From contig JAYYZV010000155.1 in the NCBI GenBank assembly GCA_036339975.1, forward strand, positions 1,449-65,448: 64,000 nt of DNA, given 5' to 3'. Shown here piece by piece: positions 57,734 through 64,000 of the stretch. The DNA comes from Pseudomonadota bacterium (GTDB lineage: Bacteria > Pseudomonadota > Alphaproteobacteria > MPNO01 > UBA830). Both the position numbers and the translations under genes were made by a program. The notes beneath the pieces are model-generated. The model was given only the letters and a program-made list of their open reading frames with translations, did no database searches and was not told the origin of the DNA. Numbering within the stretch: position 1 is the first letter of the stretch; the number at the start of each line of letters is the position of its first letter.

Positions 57734-58720
57734 ATGTGGCGGTCCGCCGTCCGCTTTCTTGCCATCCTGATATCGGTGGCTTCCGTTGCCATCGGATCGG
57801 GTATATTTTGGGCATGGGCCGCGTATCGCGCCGATGGCCCGTTAACACAACCGATTACCATCATAATAGCTAAGGGAGTTGGCGTTAAGCAGATCGCCGC
57901 GCAACTTGTCTCATCTGGCGCTATAGAGAACGAACACCTGTTCGTGCTCGGTGCGAGATATAACGAAACGGCCAGACGAATGCGTGCTGGAGAATTCATA
58001 CTACAACCCGGTATGAGTATCCGCGCAATTTCCGATCACTTGGTTAACGGCGAGTTTGTGAAACGTCGTCTTACGATTCCTGAAGGCTTTTTGACGGAGG
58101 AGGTGGTATCTTTGGTCGCCGCGACCGACGGTCTGGTCGGAGATGTACCGTTAGATCGCCCGGAGGGGATTTACCTGCCCGATACCTATTTCTTCATTTA
58201 TGGCGATACGCGGTTGTCAATTTTGTCGCGCATGAAAAAAGCCATGGATTCGGCGTTGGTGGAAGTCTGGAACGCGCGGGATGTGAATATTGCCATTTCT
58301 TCCCCGCGCGAAGCCTTGATACTCGCTTCGATCATCGAGTGTGAAACGGGGGTCGAGGCCGAACGTGCGAGGGTCTCCAGCGTATTTCACAATAGGATTA
58401 GGCTCCGTATGCGGCTGCAATCCGATCCGACTGTCGCTTATGCAGTGACAGGCGGAAGGCGCCCTTTAGGTCGCCCCCTAAGCCGCGCCGATATGAAAAT
58501 CGACTCCCACTACAACACCTATCTCCGCTTCGGTATGCCACCAGGCCCAATCGCTAACCCTGGTCGTGCGGCGCTGATGGCGGCGGTCCAGCCGGCGGAT
58601 ACGAAAGATCTTTATTTTGTTGCTGACGGTACCGGAGGGCACGCTTTTGCGAGGACCCTTGCCGAACATAACCGTAATGTCACTAAATGGCGCCGAATTC
58701 AGCGGCGACGAACAAAATGA
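57734..58720 (+). CDS. mltG: Endolytic murein transglycosylase MltG (YceG-like)
   Basis: N-terminal TM anchor, YceG-like domain. Conserved position after fabF. Confidence 0.8.
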   Translation: MWRSAVRFLAILISVASVAIGSGIFWAWAAYRADGPLTQPITIIIAKGVGVKQIAAQLVSSGAIENEHLFVLGARYNETARRMRAGEFILQPGMSIRAISDHLVNGEFVKRRLTIPEGFLTEEVVSLVAATDGLVGDVPLDRPEGIYLPDTYFFIYGDTRLSILSRMKKAMDSALVEVWNARDVNIAISSPREALILASIIECETGVEAERARVSSVFHNRIRLRMRLQSDPTVAYAVTGGRRPLGRPLSRADMKIDSHYNTYLRFGMPPGPIANPGRAALMAAVQPADTKDLYFVADGTGGHAFARTLAEHNRNVTKWRRIQRRRTK

Positions 58721-58809
58721 TGCGCAACCCAAAGGCGACTTTCGACACTGAAAATGATAAAATACGACTAATACAAATACGCTAGGCGCAAACAAGAAAA
58801 GAGGGGCCA

Positions 58810-59694
58810 TTGACGGTAACGAGTATGACTGGGTTTGCCCGGACGGACGGTTCAGTCGCCGGTTACAGTTGGGTGTGGGAAGTTAAAAGCGTAAATTCCA
58901 AGGGGCTCGACCTGCGTTTTCGTCTGCCTCATGGATTTGATGCACTTGAAGCACAGGCGCGGAAGCGCGCAGTAGAGAAGTTTGTGCGGGGAAACCTGTC
59001 CATAAATTTGGTGATTCAACGACCAAAGAAACCGGCTGCTCTAGAAATCAACCGGCCCGTGCTGGAAAAAATGATGTCACTAGCGGCGGAGTACCGCGGC
59101 AGTGCAGACGCGGTTAACGTAGAAAATCTGATGGGATTGCGTGGCGTGATTGAACTCGTCGAAGAGGATATAGAGGAAAAGGATACGATTGCCATGCGGG
59201 ACACCGCGGTCATCGCTTCGCTTGAAGAACTTTTCGATTCTCTTACCTATTCCCGATCGTGTGAGGGCAAACGCCTCGCGGGTATCGTCGAAGAACATAT
59301 TGGAGAAATTGCATCACTTACCGCCGAAGCAGCGGGTTTGGTTGAGCTTCAGCCTGAGCGCATAAAGGGCAGATTGATGGATCAGCTTGGTGAGTTGCTC
59401 CATGACGACAACTCTCTCTCTGAGGACCGAATCGCTCAGGAACTGGCATTGATCGTCGTGCGCGGTGACGTTCGTGAAGAACTGGACCGGTTGGTGGCCC
59501 ACGTCGCTGCAGCACGTGAACTAATGGGCGAGGGGGTGGCCGTCGGTCGCCGTTTGGATTTTCTGTGTCAGGAATTCAACCGGGAGGCTAATACTCTGTG
59601 TTCCAAGTCCTCCGACATGGATTTAACACGGATTGGTCTCGCCTTAAAATCGGCGATAGAACGGCTCCGCGAACAAATTCAAAATATCGAGTAG
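58810..59694 (+). CDS. yicC: YicC family stress-induced protein (endoribonuclease YicC)
   Basis: SMTGFAR N-terminus and C-terminal NREANT-LCSKS region typical of YicC/YloC. Apparent TTG start. Confidence 0.8.
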   Translation: MTVTSMTGFARTDGSVAGYSWVWEVKSVNSKGLDLRFRLPHGFDALEAQARKRAVEKFVRGNLSINLVIQRPKKPAALEINRPVLEKMMSLAAEYRGSADAVNVENLMGLRGVIELVEEDIEEKDTIAMRDTAVIASLEELFDSLTYSRSCEGKRLAGIVEEHIGEIASLTAEAAGLVELQPERIKGRLMDQLGELLHDDNSLSEDRIAQELALIVVRGDVREELDRLVAHVAAARELMGEGVAVGRRLDFLCQEFNREANTLCSKSSDMDLTRIGLALKSAIERLREQIQNIE

Positions 59695-59702
59695 ATTTAA
59701 AT

Positions 59703-60347
59703 ATGGTTGATACGGTTAGCAGGATTGAGCGACGGGGGTTAATGCTTGTGCTGTCGTCGCCTTCCGGGGCCGGCAAGACGACCATTTCGCGAATGTTGCT
59801 AGAGCGCGACGAGGATATATCCCTTTCTGTGTCCGTAACGACACGGCCTAAGCGACCAGGTGAGGTGGATGGCCGTGATTACCATTTTATAGACCCGACG
59901 GAATTCAATCTCATGCTTAACCGACGTGAATTATTGGAGCATGCTAAGGTCTTCGACCACTATTATGGAACGCCCCAGAGTGCCGTCGAAGAAGCGTTGG
60001 CGGTTGGTAAGGATGTACTATTCGACATCGACTGGCAGGGAGAACAGCAACTAAAACAAGCGACCCGTAACGATCTTGCCAGCGTCTTCATCCTACCCCC
60101 GTCTACCGAGGAACTGGCGCGGCGACTGCAATCGAGGGCGCAGGATCCAGCCGATGTGGTTGCGGTGCGCATGGAAAAAGCGCCTGATGAAATTAGCCAT
60201 TGGCCGGAATATGACTACATCATCGTCAACTACGATATAGAGGAGAGTGTCTCCCAGGTTCAAGCGGTCTTGGCGGCCGAGCGGTTGAAACGCGAACGCC
60301 AGATCGGGCTGACAAATTTTGTTAAACGTCTTCGCGAGTGGCAGTAA
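59703..60347 (+). CDS. gmk: Guanylate kinase
   Basis: P-loop SSPSGAGKTT and TTRPKRPGEVDGRDYHF GMP-binding motif. ATG at 59703 just after yicC; the ORF listed from 59598 overlaps yicC. Confidence 0.9.
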   Translation: MVDTVSRIERRGLMLVLSSPSGAGKTTISRMLLERDEDISLSVSVTTRPKRPGEVDGRDYHFIDPTEFNLMLNRRELLEHAKVFDHYYGTPQSAVEEALAVGKDVLFDIDWQGEQQLKQATRNDLASVFILPPSTEELARRLQSRAQDPADVVAVRMEKAPDEISHWPEYDYIIVNYDIEESVSQVQAVLAAERLKRERQIGLTNFVKRLREWQ

Positions 60348-61206
60348 ACGTCAGTTTTGTTTCTCTTTTGTAGGCTCGGGCTAGAGAACAAAAACCCTCT
60401 ATATCAATAGTTTCTGCTCGCGCGGTGGGGTCTATGCCGGCATCAGTTAGAGTGATATTGGCATTGTTAAACAAGCCTTTCAGGCTGGATCTAAGCATTT
60501 TCCTCCGTTGCGAAAATGCAGCAGCGACTACGGTTTCCAGTGCTGCGCCATCGGCCTTTGCCAGTGGTTCGGCTCTGGGGGTAATTGTAACAACTGTTGA
60601 ATCAACCTTCGGTGCCGGCGTAAACGCCCGGGCTGGTAAGGTGAGTACAGGTCTTACATCGCAGCGCCATTGTGTTGCGACGGACAGGCGTCCGTATGCT
60701 TTTGTTCCTGGTGATGCAACGAGCCGTTCGGCGACCTCGCTTTGGAACATCAGGACCATGCGGCCGAAGAGCTCTATTTTCTTCAGCCAGAGAATTAGTA
60801 ACGACGTCGCAATGTTGTATGGGAGGTTAGCAACAATCGTAAGAGGTCCGAACTCGGTCGCAAATGGGGCCGGGTCAAATTCGATGGCGTTTTGTTGGAC
60901 TAAATGTAGGCTCCCGCCCGCAACCCTTTTCAGCCCCGCGAGTGCATCGATACACCTTGGATCGCGTTCAACCGCAATCACGGGACGGGCACCCGCTTCC
61001 AGTAGGGCGCGCGTTAGGCCCCCGGGGCCAGGACCGATTTCAATCGTAGGCCTATCTTCCAGTGGGCCGGCGGCCTGTACTATTCGGCGGGTAATATTGA
61101 GGTCTAGCAGAAAATTCTGCCCAAGGGATTTGCGCGCCGAGAGGTCGTGGAGCGCGATTACATCGCGAAGTGGTGGCAAGGTTGAGAGGTTTGGGATTAC
61201 AGCCAT
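60322..61206 (-). CDS. rsmA: 16S rRNA (adenine1518/1519-N6)-dimethyltransferase
   Basis: KSLGQNFL and EIGPGPGGLT motifs. Start taken at MAVIP (61206), 4 nt after the pdxA stop; an upstream in-frame Met at 61245 would overlap pdxA. Confidence 0.85.
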   Translation of the reverse strand: MAVIPNLSTLPPLRDVIALHDLSARKSLGQNFLLDLNITRRIVQAAGPLEDRPTIEIGPGPGGLTRALLEAGARPVIAVERDPRCIDALAGLKRVAGGSLHLVQQNAIEFDPAPFATEFGPLTIVANLPYNIATSLLILWLKKIELFGRMVLMFQSEVAERLVASPGTKAYGRLSVATQWRCDVRPVLTLPARAFTPAPKVDSTVVTITPRAEPLAKADGAALETVVAAAFSQRRKMLRSSLKGLFNNANITLTDAGIDPTARAETIDIEGFCSLARAYKRETKLTFTATREDV

Positions 61207-61210
61207 TACC

Positions 61211-62224
61211 TTAACTTTTGAGTGTCCGTTCCCGGCATGATGCAATCTGAGCTGCCATCCTGATTGCCGAGATTAGGCTTTTGGGGTTCGCCGTTCCGGT
61301 GCCAGCTATATTATAGGCTGTTCCGTGATCTGGAGACGTGCGGACAAACGGCAGACCAACTGAGATATTTACCCCGTTCTCGAAATCAAGTGTCTTCATC
61401 GGTATCAATGCTTGATCGTGATACATGCAGACGGCGACATCGTATGTTCCGCGCGCTGCTTCATGGAACATTGTGTCTCCAGCAAGCGGTCCTATCATAT
61501 CGAGGCCAGGTTCTTTTACGTGCTCAATAGCGGGAGAGATAATGTCAATTTCCTCACGCCCCATATGTCCGCTTTCCCCTGCATGCGGGTTAAGCCCAGA
61601 GACCGCAATACGAGGATGCGGTATACCGAAATCATATCTCAACGAGGCAATCGTAATTTCTAGCGTTCGCACGATTTCGTTGGTTGTCAGGGCGGAAATG
61701 GCATCCTTAAGCGACAAATGGATGGTAACGGGAACAACTTTTAAGTTGGGCCCAGCCAAGAGCATTACCGGTGGAGCCTGCAGTCCGGAGCGTTCGCCAA
61801 GATATTCCGTGTGACCCGGTGCTGTGAAACCAGCTTCGTAAAGCCGGCTTTTTTGGATCGGATTTGTAGTCATGCCTGCCGCGTTGCCTTTCATTGCGGC
61901 ATCGATCGAGCGGTCTATCGCTTCGATCACCATCGCCCCGTCCGCTGTACTATCTTGACCGGGAAGTGCCAAAACTGGCCGGCTAAGAGGTATCACGGGC
62001 AGGGCGTTTGGTAACACGGCGGTGGCATCGGAGGGGTCTTCTATTTCGGTTACTAGACAGTCGATACCAGTAAGCCGGGCAAGGCGCCTAAGTCGCCCGG
62101 GGTCGTCAAACAAACAAAATGGAGGTAGGTGAGACCTATGATCTCGCCAAGCTAGCAGGGCGATTTCGCCACCGATTCCAGCGGGGTCACCCATCGTGAC
62201 GACGATTGGGCGATCACCGGACAT
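61211..62224 (-). CDS. pdxA: 4-hydroxythreonine-4-phosphate dehydrogenase
   Basis: TMGDPAGIG, GHTEYL, NPHAGE and AVCMYHDQ PdxA motifs. Conserved surA-pdxA-ksgA order. Confidence 0.9.
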   Translation of the reverse strand: MSGDRPIVVTMGDPAGIGGEIALLAWRDHRSHLPPFCLFDDPGRLRRLARLTGIDCLVTEIEDPSDATAVLPNALPVIPLSRPVLALPGQDSTADGAMVIEAIDRSIDAAMKGNAAGMTTNPIQKSRLYEAGFTAPGHTEYLGERSGLQAPPVMLLAGPNLKVVPVTIHLSLKDAISALTTNEIVRTLEITIASLRYDFGIPHPRIAVSGLNPHAGESGHMGREEIDIISPAIEHVKEPGLDMIGPLAGDTMFHEAARGTYDVAVCMYHDQALIPMKTLDFENGVNISVGLPFVRTSPDHGTAYNIAGTGTANPKSLISAIRMAAQIASCRERTLKS

Positions 62225-62228
62225 TATG

Positions 62229-63521
62229 TTAAACTCGAATGTCGACGACAGCGGAAAGACGGATGTCGCGTAGGTAACGCCGCGCCATTAACGAAAGCCT
62301 TTCCTGTATCAGTCTATCTGCAATTGTTTCGCGTGCTGGCAGCTTTATCTCGGCGTCGCCGCCCTCTCGGCCGCATACCATCAGCAATAAAACGCCGTCT
62401 GGCGTTTTAATAGGATCGCTGATCTTTCCCGCTGGAACGTTGGTGACAACGGCCTGAATGGCAGGAGACAAATCCTTCAGCGCAAATCGGCCCATATTTG
62501 GTGGCCGTGGTGAGCGGATCTCTTTTGCAAGAAGATCAAAATCGCTGCAGCTTGTCGCCGTATCTCGTACGGTTTTTGCTAGTTCAATTTGAGCTTCTTT
62601 ATCCGAAGGAAATGCTACTTGGGGAAAGGGTAGGAAGATCTGATGAAGGTCCAAGTTTATAGGCTTGTTTCTAGACATAGCTATTTTTCGGCTATCACGC
62701 AGTGTCAGCAGCCGATAGCCGGTGATGGTCTTTACTGGCGCCGAAATGGCGCCGCGCTTAAGTGTTGGCACGATGGTCTTAAGATCGTCGCTAAGTTCGG
62801 CTTCATGCATCCAGCCAAGATCTCCCCCAACCGCTGCCGTGGGGCTCTGTGAGAACTGTCGCGCAATCGCTGCAAAGTTAGCGCCGTTCCGTATCTGGTT
62901 ACGAATTCGCCCAGCTGTAAGGCGGACATTATTTTCTTCATCCGGCCCATCGACAGCTAGCAATATCTCGGCGAGCCGATATTCAGTCTGTCCCTGGCGT
63001 GATCGTATGCGCTCCAGCGTTTCGTCAATTTCATCTTCACCGATGATGATCATGGGACGCAGTCTGCGGCCAAGAAGTTTAGACCACGCGATCCCAGCGC
63101 GGAGTTGCTCTTCCATTGCTTCAGGAGGTACCGAATTCTCCCGCAACATCCGATCGAGGCCATCTTTGGGCAGTTTGTTCTGTTTTTCGATTGTTGCTTT
63201 GGCACGCCGTATGTCACGCTTGCTAACGGAAATACTCCGCCGCTTCGCCTCCTGCACTTTTAACCGCTCATCTATAAGGGTGCGCAGAACCGGACCGCTT
63301 ATTCGTCGTCTCACTTCTAGCGTGTCCGGTAGGCGCGTGGACACAATCACCAGCTTTATACGTGATTCTAAGTCGTATGCGCTGATCGGTTCGTCGTTTA
63401 CGATCGCTGCAATACGCTGCACAGACTGCGATCTAACGCTGTCTGGCGAAACGATTGAGATCAATAAAAATACGATCGTAAAATTAAAAAAATACCTTTT
63501 GCCTGACTTCATCGAATCCAC
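62229..63521 (-). CDS. surA: Periplasmic chaperone/peptidyl-prolyl isomerase SurA
   Basis: Signal peptide, SurA N-domain and parvulin PPIase domain length. Position between lptD and pdxA. Confidence 0.8.
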   Translation of the reverse strand: MDSMKSGKRYFFNFTIVFLLISIVSPDSVRSQSVQRIAAIVNDEPISAYDLESRIKLVIVSTRLPDTLEVRRRISGPVLRTLIDERLKVQEAKRRSISVSKRDIRRAKATIEKQNKLPKDGLDRMLRENSVPPEAMEEQLRAGIAWSKLLGRRLRPMIIIGEDEIDETLERIRSRQGQTEYRLAEILLAVDGPDEENNVRLTAGRIRNQIRNGANFAAIARQFSQSPTAAVGGDLGWMHEAELSDDLKTIVPTLKRGAISAPVKTITGYRLLTLRDSRKIAMSRNKPINLDLHQIFLPFPQVAFPSDKEAQIELAKTVRDTATSCSDFDLLAKEIRSPRPPNMGRFALKDLSPAIQAVVTNVPAGKISDPIKTPDGVLLLMVCGREGGDAEIKLPARETIADRLIQERLSLMARRYLRDIRLSAVVDIRV

Positions 63522-63588
63522 GTTCAGAGTTCATTCCGAATATATATAGCCTTTTCCCTTTCCTTCAACTTACGAGATGGCGCCAATG

Positions 63589-64000
63589 TCAGTTGACGCC
63601 GCGGGAGGTTTCCACCTCGCCAAGGGTTTTAAAAACGAACCTGAACAGAATTGTATCCGTTGGGGCCACGTCCCGATCGCGGGTGAATGCTCGTGAATAA
63701 TCGGTGCGAAACTTGAAACAATCGTCCTCATACATCAGAGAAAATCCATGGCTTAACGCCCCCCCCCCGCTCGTCAGGTCGCGGTGCGTGCTGGCTCTAA
63801 CCATCCAGTGATCGGTTATATTCGACCGTAAACTGAATGTAATTTCCTCCCGGTCTCGAAAGTCATCTTGCGGCTCTTGGGAATCGATCAGGTTCTGCTG
63901 GTCGATCGACAAATAATTAATAGTGCCGTGCAATAATGGAACGCCAGCCGACGCTGTAACTTCATTGCGCCGTGCGGAAAAATCATCTTTGTCGACCCTA
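63589..64000 (-). CDS. lptD: LPS-assembly protein LptD, C-terminal part (5' end beyond window)
   Basis: C-terminal beta-barrel region (FRFVFKTLG). Frame stays open to the window edge; conserved lptD-surA synteny. Confidence 0.75.
   Translation of the reverse strand, partial: RVDKDDFSARRNEVTASAGVPLLHGTINYLSIDQQNLIDSQEPQDDFRDREEITFSLRSNITDHWMVRASTHRDLTSGGGALSHGFSLMYEDDCFKFRTDYSRAFTRDRDVAPTDTILFRFVFKTLGEVETSRGVN

Noticed and set aside
60425-61240. 271-aa plus-strand ORF
   Set aside because: Antisense to the well-supported ksgA/rsmA gene, with Ala/Arg/Ser-rich low-complexity translation typical of GC-rich antisense frames.
62722-63549. 275-aa plus-strand ORF
   Set aside because: Antisense to surA, low complexity and Ser/Arg-rich, with no motifs.
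1-64000. Search for CRISPR arrays, IS elements/transposases, integrases, prophage genes and rRNA
   Set aside because: No direct-repeat/spacer periodicity, no transposase- or integrase-like ORFs, no terminal inverted repeats, and no rRNA-like sequence were seen anywhere in the window.

Overview
Chromosomal segment of roughly 55% GC that looks alphaproteobacterial, judged from gene order and protein signatures. About 60 protein genes and one tRNA-Pro(CGG) are supported. Three housekeeping blocks are conserved and syntenic: (1) ispB, DUF2007, a methyltransferase, an S49 peptidase, then glyQ-glyS-ppdK; (2) nadK, rplI, a DUF2232 membrane protein, rpsR-rpsF, divergent from fabD-fabG-acpP-fabF-mltG-yicC-gmk; (3) ksgA-pdxA-surA-lptD at the right edge, with lptD partial. 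Accessory modules sit between them. The most interesting is at 33.3-49.6 kb: two tandem UbiD-family (prFMN-type) decarboxylase paralogs separated by a 58-aa Cys4 zinc-ribbon ORF that the six-frame track does not list, led by an overlapping PhyH-type Fe(II)/2-oxoglutarate dioxygenase. It is flanked by two tandem MFS paralogs, a TRAP DctPQM transporter, a class-III aminotransferase, further MFS and DMT transporters, a FAD monooxygenase and an APH-like kinase. No regulator is encoded nearby. This is plausibly an undescribed heteromeric (de)carboxylase-centred catabolic system. Other accessory modules: a low-GC (about 43%) radical-SAM/SPASM gene preceded by a small membrane Cys-motif protein; a three-subunit molybdenum hydroxylase in small-large-medium order next to a secreted S1 protease; a GT2-GT4-GT4-AsnB glycan cluster; a flavin monooxygenase plus HI0933 flavoprotein pair; a degraded amidohydrolase pseudogene; and a low-GC DHA2 efflux pump next to the tRNA. 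No CRISPR array, IS element, integrase or rRNA gene was found. All calls rest on reading motifs by eye; no database search was run.
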